Of a DNA stretch of 64,000 nt, positions 37,848-49,250 are shown one piece after another; position 1 is the stretch's first letter, and each line of letters begins with the position of its first letter. Source of the DNA: Felis catus (Eukaryota); the NCBI RefSeq assembly GCF_018350175.1, contig NC_058368.1, positions 233,618,001 through 233,682,000 of the forward strand, read 5' to 3'. The notes beneath the pieces were generated by a model. It worked only from the letters and a program-made list of their open reading frames with translations, did no database searches and was not told where the DNA came from. The translations under genes and the position numbers were made by a program.

Positions 37848-38149
37848 AAATAATGCATTCTTCTTACATCAACAATGTAAAACTGCTTTTTAAGTTTCCT
37901 GATATTTGAGGGTCATCCCAGATATCAGAAAAACTGCTCTTTGACTCCCAGTTAGGAAAACAAAGACGAAGTGATTACAGAAAAAGCTGAGAGACTAGCA
38001 CAGTACAAAATGGATCAGAGAGCAGCTGGAAAAAAACTTCTTCCTCTTCCACAAATAAACTCTGTTCAAATAGTGTTCTTTTTCTTCCATTCCCTTGCCC
38101 CATCCTCTCTCCTCCTGCCCTTCTTGTCCGTTTCCTTCTCTCCTGAATA

Positions 38150-39830
38150 ACTCAGTCCCCAGCCATCAGGCAGAGCAAGGAACATCTGCATCTAGAGGGG
38201 ACCAGGGAAGCTGAATTCGCCCAAGGTGATAAAGCTGGGGTGGGTTCCAGGAGCCTCTACAATGGGGACGACACAGAGGGCACAGCCCCGGTTGGGGGAG
38301 GGGGCACCCTCAGATGGACGTGGTGTCATAGCCTGAGCCAGGGGAGGGGGACAGGTGTTAGGAGAGGGGAATTTGGGCCAAGTGAGAAGACACCTGTGTG
38401 GGGGTAGGGGTGGCGACTGAGATAGGAGACTGGTTACACACCGGCATTGATCCAGTAAGTAAATACGTTAAAAATCATTGCAACTGAACTTTTTTCACTA
38501 TTGGCCATGGAATCACAAGAGAAAGGGAGAACACTGGCATGAAACTCGTGGCAGGCTGGAAAGACCGGTGTGAAGTCATGGTGTCTAATATGTAGGTATA
38601 GATACAAGTTGATGTGGATGTAAATGCGTGTGCCCCTTGTCTTGGAGTAGTGACAACCCAGTGGGAATAAGAAGACCTACAAGCCTAGAGCTTGCTAAGT
38701 GCCACTCTTCACCAAGAAGAACAGGGCTCCTTGGAGGGATGGCAGATTTTAGGGCCAGGGCAGGGAAAGCATGAGATGAGCCTGAAACGTCTTGTTGTGT
38801 CAGAAAGCAACAAAGTGCTCAAAGAGTGATGGGGACCATCACCAAAGGTGCAGAAGCCAGCCTGAAGGGGCGCCCACTGGACAAGTCTGAGCCCAGACTT
38901 GTGGGCTCATATAAGTGGGCTTATAACCCTCTGTATAGAACAGGGAAACACAAGACGGTCTAGACATCAATAAGTGAATAAAACAGGGTATTTGCCTGGT
39001 TTCAAAGTACCTCCCCACAAAATATGCCTTAATTACAAAGAAGAGAAGAGTAATGCCAAAGCGGTAAAGCCTGGCAGACGGCCATCAGACTAAAGACCAA
39101 CATAAACGATGAGGCCCTGAGAGACCGTGATGAGAATGCACCATCACCTCTGTGTTTCCTGCCAAAGATGCATCACCCGAATCCATTCATGATGAAACAT
39201 CAGACAAAGTCAACCTGAAGACCATTTGATAAAGTAGCTGGCATGCCATCCTCAAAAGTGTCAAGATCACGAAAACCACGGGAGGACTAAGGGGTTGCTG
39301 CAGATTGAAAGACACCAAAGAGATTAGAGAACACACGGCAACGTTGCAGAATTCTGATCTGGGCCCTTTTCTGTAAAGGACGTTGTTGGGAAAGCTGGAT
39401 GAATCTGAATCACAACAGCAGAGCCATGTGAATTTCCCAATTTTCATAGTTGCATTATGGTTAAGTGCAATGGCACTGTACGAGATACTGTCTAAAGCAT
39501 TTAGCGGCTCCGACTTGAGCTCAGGCCATGATCTTATGGTTCGTGAGTTCAAGCCCCGTGTCGGGCTCTGTGTTGACAGCTCATAGCCTGGAACCTGCTT
39601 CAGATTCTGTGTCTCCCTCTCCCTCTGCCCCCCACCCCCCGGCTCGTTCTCTCTCTCTCTCAAAATAAATAAACATTAAAAATAATAGTAATAAATAAAG
39701 CATTTAGGAGCAATGAGACATCAGACTGGTAACTTATCTTTTGGTGGATTAGGAAAAAAAATTCTCTGTATTAGATTTGGAACTTATTGGTAGGTCTGTG
39801 ATTGTTTCAAAATAAAAGTAAAAAAAAGAA
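38150..39830 (+). mobile_element. Old L1 long 3' UTR (L1MC3/L1MD-like)
   Basis: GGAGACTGGTTACA...GTAAGTAAATA, CAGGGCTCCTTGGAG, GAAGGGGCGCCCACTGG and terminus GATTGTTTCAAAATAAAAGT match recalled L1MC/MD 3' ends. Confidence 0.7.
39505..39695 (+). mobile_element. 5'-truncated CanSINE nested in L1
   Basis: Lacks the A-box head; TSD TAAAGCATTTAG at 39493-39504 and 39696-39707. Confidence 0.92.
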
Positions 39831-40106
39831 GTTAGGGATTATACTTTATATTTAAATGTACTAGAAATGCTAATTCATCACTTTCAGTGATTAACTAAAT
39901 TCCCTCAGTTGGGTAATATATTGTAGCCTGAGACTGAATTCTACTTCAAGATAAATGCTAGGAAAATAAATGTGCCGAGAACAATGAACTCTGTTAATCA
40001 ACGTGGAAGGGAATAGGGTTTTCTATGAAGTCGGCATCTTGGTTAACAGAGAAGCATTACATGCTATCAATGGATTGCCAATGTTCCAAAAATAAAGTGA
40101 AACATT

Positions 40107-40328
40107 CTTTTCTTTTCTTTCTTTATTTTTTTGAAAGAGAAAGCAAGCATGAGTGGGGGAGAGAGGCAGAGGAAGGGTGGGGTGGGGTGGGAGCGGGGAG
40201 AATCTCAAGCAGGCTCCATGCGGAGCACCAAGCCCAGCACAGGGCTCATTCCCATGAACCATGACATCATGACCTGGGCCAAAATCAAGAGCTGGATGCT
40301 CAACCAACTGAGCCACCCAGGTATCCCC
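40107..40328 (-). mobile_element. CanSINE (older subfamily)
   Basis: Reverse SINE ending GAGCCACCCAGGTATCCCC. Confidence 0.9.
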
Positions 40329-42694
40329 AAACAAACATTAATACGGGTCCACGCTAAACAAAATGCACTCTGTCTTCAGCGGTTTATAATGTAGGGGGAC
40401 ACTGATCACCACTCATCAGCAAACCTCTTTCTTCATATGAAACCGACAGCCTTTCAGTAATTTTGCGTTAAACAATTATACCATGGCAGTATAACCACCT
40501 AATGTGTATCATCCTAATTTATGTACACTTTTCATCAACAGTTGTCAATGAAGTGTTTTTCTCCCATCACAAAGCAGTGCTATTTGTAGGTTACATGTCC
40601 AGCAGTGGCCAAAGGTGCTTAAATCTCTTTTCCTCATGACTTTGACATTTACCAACGGACCTTCCATTTTCAATCTGTCAGTGTATCCTGCCTTTCCCTG
40701 CCCTCGGCATCATTGTGAAATTACTTCTGAAGAAAAGGAAAACTGACGTTCTGTTCTTCTGCTTCCGTTCAATGTTATTCTTACATGGAATCATTTGGAA
40801 TGAAAAACTTTTATTCTTTTTTGCTCTTCCAGAATTATCCTATCTCTGGCTGTCCACTGATAAAAATTGTTTTTCTTTGGGTGTTTGGAAAATTGAGTAA
40901 CTGAATGTTTAAGATTACATTCTTTCCCAATTTTTTGAACTTGCAGAAGAAAATAAAAATGCTCTGAAAGAAAAGCAAACTCACTACAGTACGTAGTGAC
41001 CTAGAATACATCAGATTCTCGACAAACCATTTATTCCCCCCCCTCCGCTTTTTTTTTAAAACCCATTTGATCCTTACAGGCATGTATCTTAATCCTCCTT
41101 TCCAAGATATTTTTTCTATTACATCTGCCCCAGCAGACACTGTATTTATTCATGAAGGGGCCAAAGAGATAGGTACGAAATGTTCAGCGGATGTGTTCTA
41201 GGGTAACCTAAAACCAGGAAAGTGTTGTAAGCCCTGACAACAGGCTTGAGTGCCCCCGTGTCTGTGTGATGAGGGCTTTCCCGCAGTGACTGTCATAATG
41301 TCAGCTGGCTCAGCTGATCACATACCCGTTCCTACTGCAGAAACAGACCCACCCACCCCCCCCCCAAGCCCCACTCCAGGGAGACTGGAAAAATGGAATT
41401 TATGGGAGAGAGGAGACACATCCCATAAATATCTTCAAGGGAGGCTCTGACATGCGGCGCAAGGAAGTAAAAGCTGGGGCAGAGCCCCTACAAAAAGGAA
41501 CATTCCCCCCGCCTCTTCCCAGGCGCAGCTGCATTGTTTCTTCTTTTCATAAAACACCACCTTCGTTCCTTCCTTTGATCCGTTACTGACGGGTCGCCAT
41601 CTGGGCCTCGGGTGGTGCCGGCTACTCGGGCCAGTGGCAGGGAATGCGTGCGGGCACGTGGCTTTGCTCCACGTCTGAACCAGTCAGCGGGAACCTGGAG
41701 CCCACCGTGCAGAATCGGGGCCAGGGTTCTGACGCTCACCCCGTGCCAGCGAAGGCTGTCTTTCAGACCGCTCCGACTGAACGCCGGGCTTCACAGGAGC
41801 TCTAGGAGAGGAATGTTGAGAAAAGGGATCCCCAGAAGGCTTTCCAGCTAAGCGGGATTTCCAGACACCCAAGGATAAGCCTCCGGCTCTATGTCAAGTT
41901 TCCAAATGAAACATTCCACCGAGTGAACGACAAACGGGTTTCTCAGACCCCACAGGGCTCGTGTGATCCGTGTCTAAACCCCCACTTTCAATGGCAGTGC
42001 TGTTCCTAACCAGTCCTCTCACCCTCGGCGTTTTTACACCATGGCTGCATTTCTTAAATTTGATTCTAACAGAGCGTAATTGAACATACCTGTTTCAAGT
42101 AAAAAAAAGATACTTAGGGACAACTCCAAACCACTGACCCTCATGTTTATGGATGTGCATAGCAGGAAATCAAGTCACTTTTCAAATGCTTTTAACTAAT
42201 TAAACACAACGGCTTCTTCGAAACCCCACTTACTAGCAAAGCTAGATTTGCTGTCGTAGCATTTGAAAGATTTATTATTATTTTTTTTTAATGCCCACGG
42301 ACCTTCCAGAAGATCAGGAAATGGAGATCTTTCCCCCTCTGTAAAGAGAGGGCTTTATCGGATATGAAGGTGGGGGAGAATTATGAATTTAACTGTGTAA
42401 GTTATTTTCACTCTAAAAACAGGGTGCCAAATTCCAATGCATAGTAAGAACAGCTTTGAAGCATCCACAGTCGTACGACCATCCAGCAACCAGCAAAGTG
42501 GAGCGACCATCCGCAACATTCGCTGTTGCTGACTGCTACGTGCTGATGCTGCTGCTGGAGGTGGGGTGTGGCTGGCTCCCCACTAGCAACACACAGCCAC
42601 CTCGGGCACCTGCCGGGTACCCCAGTCGCACCCCGAACAGGTGCTCGGCACCCCTGGCACCCAGAGGTGGGGGTGGGGGGCACTGGTCACCCAC

Positions 42695-42856
42695 CTGCCA
42701 GACCAGGTGCTCCTTGGCCCCGGGCGTTGCGGACAGGCAGATGCTCAGCACGACGGTGTGGGAGGAGGCCGTGAGCACGCTGGCGATGATGGCGTCTCGC
42801 ATGTTGAAGGGGAGCATGGTGTATACCACGAAGATAATGAAGAGGAAGAAGGACAC
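42695..42856 (-). CDS. ADCY2: Internal coding exon (162 bp, phase 0-0; probably exon 3) of adenylate cyclase type 2, first transmembrane cluster
   Basis: Translation VSFFLFIIFVVYTMLPFNMRDAIIASVLTASSHTVVLSICLSATPGAKEHLVWQ matches my recollection of mammalian ADCY2, including the YTMLPF motif of adenylyl cyclase M1. Acceptor ctctttttctcccgtag|GTG (AG at 42858-42857); donor CAG|gtgggt (GT at 42694-42693). Exon number is recalled from the human gene structure. Confidence 0.95.
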
Positions 42857-42961
42857 CTACGGGAGAAAAAGAGGGAGAGTCAGCAAGAGCGCCCGTCCCC
42901 AGTGCTTCTCTCCCTTGCCCACGAAAGGCTGCACAAGACGCCGCGAACTGCACCCGTGTAG

Positions 42962-43224
42962 TTTTGTGTTTTTCTTCTTTAATATTTACTTATTTTTGAA
43001 AGAGACAGAGAGAGACCAAGCACAAGTTGGGGAGGGGCACAGAGAGAGGGAGACACAGACTCCGAAGCAGCTTCCAGGCTCTGAGCTGTCAGCACAGAGC
43101 CTGACGTGGGGCTTGGACCCATGAACCGCGAGATCGGGACCTGAGCCAAAGTCAGACCTGACTCTCTGATCTCTCCCGCGAGATCGGGACCTGAGCCTAA
43201 CCGACTGAGCCACCCAGGCGCCCC
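42962..43224 (-). mobile_element. CanSINE with internal 40-nt complex insertion, about 105 nt upstream of the ADCY2 acceptor
   Basis: Reverse SINE; CCGCGAGATCGGGACCTGAGCC duplicated at 43126-43147 and 43176-43197. Confidence 0.93.
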
Positions 43225-43579
43225 GAACCACAGTATTATGAGAAAATAAGACAGCACATTCAAACAAACCCAATGGATTACAATAAAGGACTAACTCTTG
43301 TGAGGGGGACGAAAAAAATCATTCTTTTTCAAGATTTGAGTATTTCCAACTTTCATCCCCAAACTACTGCAGACATTAGGTAACTCTGAGCACTCTCTGG
43401 ATCTGGATGCAAGCCGGTCCCCAACTCCTCGGGTTTAGTATCTGTGCTTCCAAACACACATCTGGATTCCTGAGCTATGTCTCCAACTGTGTCGGGAGAT
43501 CCCTGGAGGGTGGTCGGGTTTCATCTGGGGGAGCTGACACCAAGAGGACCGAGTGGTGTGGACGTGTAACAAATTGAAA

Positions 43580-44210
43580 CGGCTCAGAGGTGGTTCAGCT
43601 GTTATCAAAACCACTTGGCAGGTTCTCCAAAAGTTAAGCCCAGAACCACCTTAGGACCCAGTGACCCCGTTCTTAAGTACGTATCTTAAAGAACTGAAAA
43701 CAGGCATTCAAACAGATACATGCACACACGTGTTTGCAATAGCACGATTCACAACAGGCAAAAGGCAGAAACCACACAAATGTCCACCAGCGGATGAACG
43801 GATACACGGCCTGTGGCACATCCATGCAATGGGATACTAGTCGGCCAGAAAAAGCAATGACGTACTGAGATAACATGTTTTAACACAGATGAACCCCAAG
43901 AGCATTACGCTAAGAGAACGCAACTAAGGCAAAAGCCCACATACTGTAAGGTTCCATTTGCACAGACTATCTAGAATAGATAAATGAACAGAGACGGGCA
44001 GCAAACTGGTGGCTACCAGGGGCTGGAAAAGGGCGTAGGGGAAGTCACCACCTGGTAGGCGCAGAGGTCCCTTTTGGGGTGATGACAGACTTCCTGGGAC
44101 GGGATGGAGGCGATGGTGGCAGAACACCGTGAATGTACTGAATGCCACCATATTCTTCCTTTTAAAATGGCTAACTGATGTTATGTGAACGTCACCTCAG
44201 TGAGAAAGAA
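43580..44210 (+). mobile_element. L1MB-like 3' end
   Basis: AAAGAACTGAAAACAGGCATTCAAACAGATAC...AAATGTCCACCAGCGGATGAACGGATA...GGTGGCTACCAGGGGCTG...TTTTGGGGTGATG. Confidence 0.85.
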
Positions 44211-46146
44211 AAGCCACAGGAGAGCTTACAGAAAGATTCGGAATGGAAAAGGGAATGGCTTAGTAGGTAACCGAACAGGCTGTTTTTGGCAAAAAAGCAG
44301 CAGAGACAGAAGAACACTGAGGGGGGTGAAAAGGTGATAAATCAAGTGGGGAAAGAGCCCAGGTCAGGGAAGCAGGAGAGCTCCGCCCCACAGCTCTTCG
44401 CTCAAGAACAAAAGGGAAGCTAAGCAAGGAAAGAGCTCGTCCCGCGTGCAGAGTGACCCGTGTTGCATGAGGAACCCCAAACCCCAGCACAGCTGGAAAG
44501 ACAGGGAGACACCATGCCAGCTCTTCTGCGGGGAGTCAGGATGTGTCTTCGCGAGAAGGACCTGGGCACCAGGCGCTGCTCACGGTGGGTCTGAAGACAG
44601 CAAGGGCTGCACACTGGGCCCAGGCTTGCCCCTCTTCCTGCATGAACAAGGGGAGCCGCACCACAGGTCATGATCAAAAAGTAATGGTCACCATTTCACT
44701 GCCCAGGGGTCTGCGGTATAAGCCCCATGGGTACAAGCATCACAGACAAAAGGGCATATGGAAGATCAGGGGCGCAACCTAAAAAGAAACTTGGACCTCT
44801 CAAACATGCCCCTTCTTTTTCTCCCAAACACCTGCTCATTGGACAAGCAGGTATGAAGCTTCTCTGAGGTTCTGGAGGTGGAGGACAGATGCAGAATCCT
44901 GGCTCTCAGGCACTTGAAAGTCACGTGTATCAGCCGTCACTTTACAGCTGATGTATCCGGAGAGAAGGGGTACCCAGCCCCACTCCAGCGAGACACTGGG
45001 TGAAGTCCCTGGGTCATCTTCTCTAAGATCCTGCAAGTTCAAGCGTCTCAGAATAACAGCCAAGAAGAATCCTACCAGGAGTGTGAAAACGAATCCGGGA
45101 ATCCCCCTTAGGGAGCTTTGGTTGGGTATGGCCCATCTGTTCTATGCCCACTCCTCCTAATTCAGTCTAGTCATAATGGACTTCAGGCCAAAACATATGG
45201 GCAAAAGGATCACCATGGCCATACTATTTTGCTGGTAAATGCTTTTTTATTTTACCTCTTTAAAAAGACTGTGAAGATGCTTTTCATTCATGTATTATTA
45301 TACAGCATTCTACACTTTCTATTCCATATATGGAATGGGAAAAAAATATGTTAGACAGTCTATGTACCAAAACACCTAGTATTGATGGAAAGAAACCAGG
45401 CGTTTCTTCGGAGGGACCTTTCTGAGCTAGGTGCCAATCAACCCAAGCAGACTGGGGCAGTCCCCTGCCTCCACTTCCCAAGAAGAGAATATACAGAGTG
45501 ATTTCTTAGAGCCCCAAATCAGATTTCAAAACTGCCAAGAACCAGCACACGCATTTAAGGAGCACTCAGTGTACAAGTGCCTTCTCCACTCTTCAATAGT
45601 TGCATCCTGCTTTCTAAAAGGGGTATCGCTGACCCAGAGAAATGGGAAACTTGGCCAGTGTCTCCCAACCAGTCAGTGTCAAAGCCCAAATAGCAATCCA
45701 CGGGTTTAATTCTTCTACGTGTTCTTGGTAAAGAGTTTGACCAAGACAAACTTTCCCCTGATAGGAATCCCATGAAGCTGGGATTCATGGGATTTTTCCC
45801 CTGATAGAAATCTTTCCCCTGATAGAAATCCCATGAAGCTGAAGGTCTAACAGAAGACACACGTGCACACAAGACATTCTTGCAAGTCTGACGTGGAAAG
45901 ACAACAGCTCTTTCCCCTCCTGCTAAGACAATCACAGGAAGTGCCCGACATCTTGGCTCAGATGCTGAACTCTTTCAGTAAGTAGGACCGATTTTTAATG
46001 ATCATTACGAAATTGCTAATGTTTCAAGATTTGTTCATATTTCCTTCATTTCTATACGCTTAACTTTCAGTTTGTGTTTACAGACTGGTGGTTTATGATA
46101 AATGGTAACACACAACAATGAACATTTAACAAAATTGTCAGTTAGA

Positions 46147-46271
46147 GGGGAGCCTGGGTGACTCAGCCGGTTAAGCGTCTAACTCTTGACTTTGGCTCAG
46201 GTCATGATCTCACAGTTCAGGAGTTTGAGCCCCATGTCAGGCTCTGTACTGACACGCAGAGCCTGCTTGAG

Positions 46272-46331
<60 letters not shown>

Positions 46332-46383
46332 TGTGTCCCTCCCCCATGCTCACTCTCTCTCTCTCAAAAGTAAATAGATAGAT
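46147..46383 (+). mobile_element. CanSINE with (CT)n(GT)n microsatellite
   Basis: SINE head and tail. Confidence 0.92.
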
Positions 46384-46541
46384 AATTGTGCATGGTCATG
46401 GCTTATTGAGAAAATTAAATTTACTTTGGAATCTCTACTATAAATTTACAGGAAATATTTTTAATCCAGACACTGTCATTTCTACACACGGCATTAATGA
46501 AAATCCTATTTCCTACAAGAGGTATTAAATGATTATTTTCA

Positions 46542-46707
46542 GGGGCACCTGGGTGGCTCAGTCAGTTGAGTGTTGGACTTTAGCTCAAGTCATGATCTCA
46601 CAGTTCTTGGGTTTGAGCCCCTGCATCAGGCTCTGTGCTGCAGTGCAGAACCTGCTTGGGCTTCTCTCTCTCCCTCCCTCTGCCCCCTCCCCTGCTCACA
46701 CTTGCTT

Positions 46708-46756
<49 letters not shown>

Positions 46757-46769
46757 AATAAACATTAAA
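46542..46769 (+). mobile_element. CanSINE with (CT)n
   Basis: TSD AAATGATTATTTTCA / AAATGGTTATTTCA. Confidence 0.92.
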
Positions 46770-48089
46770 AAATGGTTATTTCAAGTATTAGAATTGACAA
46801 TTACAAAAAAGAGCCTCTCTTAAACAACTACAGTTTTCCTCTAATGCAAAACCCTGCAGTTCTTTGAAATTACCGTAACTTTTGAACAGCTTAATTTTGG
46901 ACAGCTTTAAAACTCTAACATTATTTCAATTATTTTACAGTTCAGCAGACATTTTGAGCTTTGAAAGGGAAGCACACAGAAAGCTTATCTGCATTAACCA
47001 AATGGAGAATAGACATTCTGTTTTCCAAATACAATTACTCCTGTTAAGTGTTCATTTTTAGATGACAAAATGAATTTTTTTAAAGGTCAATTAAGCAAGC
47101 TGTATTAAATCAAGTTTTGAATTTTAGTGGCAGCATTTCAGGAACAGCACGAGGTGCCCAGAGAGCCTTCCACAGGCTGGACGAGGAAGAAGAAAGTCAA
47201 GTGTGGCTGCAAGCCCCACATAGGGAACAGTCTTCACTTCTTATTGCTTCCAGAGGGCTCTATTTTTCCTTTTAGCCTTCTTTCCAAAGCAACTTCAACT
47301 AGGGCCATATGTAAAACCAAAATGGATTTGGCACATCTAAAGAACGTGTGGGTTAAAAGCTCCAAAAAGGCGAATGCAAGCACTTGGGTTTCCATGTTCC
47401 CATGGGGACATTTCCATGACTGAGACCCTCCCTGACTGTATCTCTGTCCGGAGGCTGAAGAAAGGGGAGCCACCGGTGTGATTACTGAGACCCTGCACAG
47501 ACCCCTGGATCAGCGTGACATTGGAAGAGGTGAAACTCCTCCCCAAAACACCCGACTGAAGTGTTTCCCTTAACTTAGGCCGCCATTTGCCTTTTGTGAG
47601 ACATCCACATCTTTCTCTCTGGGCTACTTGAACCTCAAGCGCTGGAAGTTTCCAACCAAGTTAAGAGCTTCTTTGTTATGTTCTTAAACCTATTCCTCTC
47701 GCAGGGTAACGCAATCCTGCCCACGATGTCTTTGTCCCCAACAACCCAGGTGCAAACTTGTAAGCCTCGCCGTTGACAATTCTTCACGTCCACACTCGAA
47801 AACAATGTCTTCTTACTTTAGGACCCCAGAGTCTCGCATCTGTTTGTCTGCGCTTCTCCACCCTTACTTCCACGAGGCTCATGACCTTCCCATCTGTTAA
47901 ATACGCTTCCATACTTTTCTCTTCCTCCTCCCCATCCCCCGACAAGGGAGCCAGAGTGCATATCCTTCCTCGTTTTTGCCAGTCCCACCCCATTCTCCAT
48001 GCTTCTGGTAATCATTAGGACTCATCACCAAATATTTCTAACTGCCTTCCTTCTGGGAACATAGTACCAATGCAGTGAGCATTTTCTTT

Positions 48090-48372
48090 TAAGTCAGAGG
48101 AAGCCATATGACTTGCTTTGACAAATGAAGTGTGGGAAGAAGACATATGTTATCTTTTGGGTAGAAATTACTGCACAACTTACCAAGCCCCCACCCCTCC
48201 CTGGCAATCATGGAAACATGATGTTGGACCTCCTCCCGAGCTTCGTGTCAAGTGAAGGGCAGATTCCCTCAGCTGACCCACACGGACCTGTGTTCATTTG
48301 AACCTGCCATAATCCTTTGTGGCAGTAAGCCCCTGGGACCCCAAGCACAGCTTGGGTGGTCCTGACTGACAC
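48090..48372 (+). mobile_element. MaLR LTR relic (MLT1J-like)
   Basis: GCCATATGACTTGCTTTGACAAATGAAGTGTG...TCCTGACTGACAC. Confidence 0.6.
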
Positions 48373-48383
48373 CAAGCTCATAC

Positions 48384-48384
<1 letters not shown>

Positions 48385-48428
<44 letters not shown>
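48385..48428. repeat. (CA)n microsatellite
   Basis: Directly visible. Confidence 0.95.
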
Positions 48429-48431
<3 letters not shown>

Positions 48432-48639
48432 TTTTACTGATGGATAGATTAGATTCCTTTATATGCATTACTCTGCAATTTGCTTTTAGCACTGAATTAT
48501 ACATCATGGGCGTCTTTCCAAGTCTGGAGATGTGAATATATGATTTACTTTTTACCAATTACAAAATATTCCACAGTAACGGATGCACCAGATTTTCCTT
48601 GCACTAGCGTTTCCTTACTGCTGATCATTCATGGCAAGT

Positions 48640-49250
48640 CAGGCGCCCCTTATCCAACTGCTGTGGTAATATTCTCATGGATCTCCCTTTCTCCAACATT
48701 CTCCTTTCCCTAATCCAGCCAACATACAGCTGCTAGATTCGTGATGCTGAAGACACAGGTCCAGTTGGTTCCTTCCTCGGATGAACCTTTCCTCTGGCTA
48801 ACCCCTGTGCTCAGAACTCTTCTCTTCAAGGGCCCTCACGGTCACAGAAGAAAGTGGAAACTACATGGGCTGGAGGTCAAGACTCCCCGGACTGGCTTTT
48901 CACCTCTTCCTAGAGCCACTTCAAGGACAAACTTTTATCATCTCTCCACCCACACTCTCCAGCTGCCCCCATCTCATTCAGAGTCCAGGTCCTGCCAGTG
49001 GCCACCAGTCCCCAGATGTGGCCTCCTGGGGCCACCTCCCCTTTACTCCACCCACTCACTCCTTCCCTCCATCTGGCCTCCAGGGCTGTTTCTGGGGTCT
49101 GCCCAGAATGCTCATTCCGGGGTGCTCTGCCCATGCCTCCCCTGCCTGGCTTCCTCGCTGCACTCGGGTCTCTGCTCACTGTTACACTTTTAAGCATCTC
49201 TGCTCTTTTGGGGGACACAGTTCAAACCACAGTATCAAGATCATGCCGTA
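48640..49250 (+). mobile_element. L2 relic
   Basis: Pyrimidine-rich, CATACAGCTGCTAGATTCGTG...; resembles the L2 3' region. Confidence 0.45.

Larger units (their letters stand above)
1..42694 (-). other. ADCY2: Intron of ADCY2 downstream of the exon (extends beyond window start)
   Basis: GT donor at 42694. No further adenylyl-cyclase peptide recognised in the ORF track. Repeat-rich; ADCY2 is known to have very long 5' introns. Confidence 0.8.

Noticed and set aside
42456..43124. 222-aa plus-strand ORF overlapping the exon
   Set aside because: Antisense shadow of a GC3-rich exon running into a SINE; non-ATG start, no recognisable domain.
45751..45841. Short spaced direct repeats as a CRISPR-like array
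   Set aside because: Only 2-3 copies, spacers are self-derived, eukaryotic context, no cas genes.
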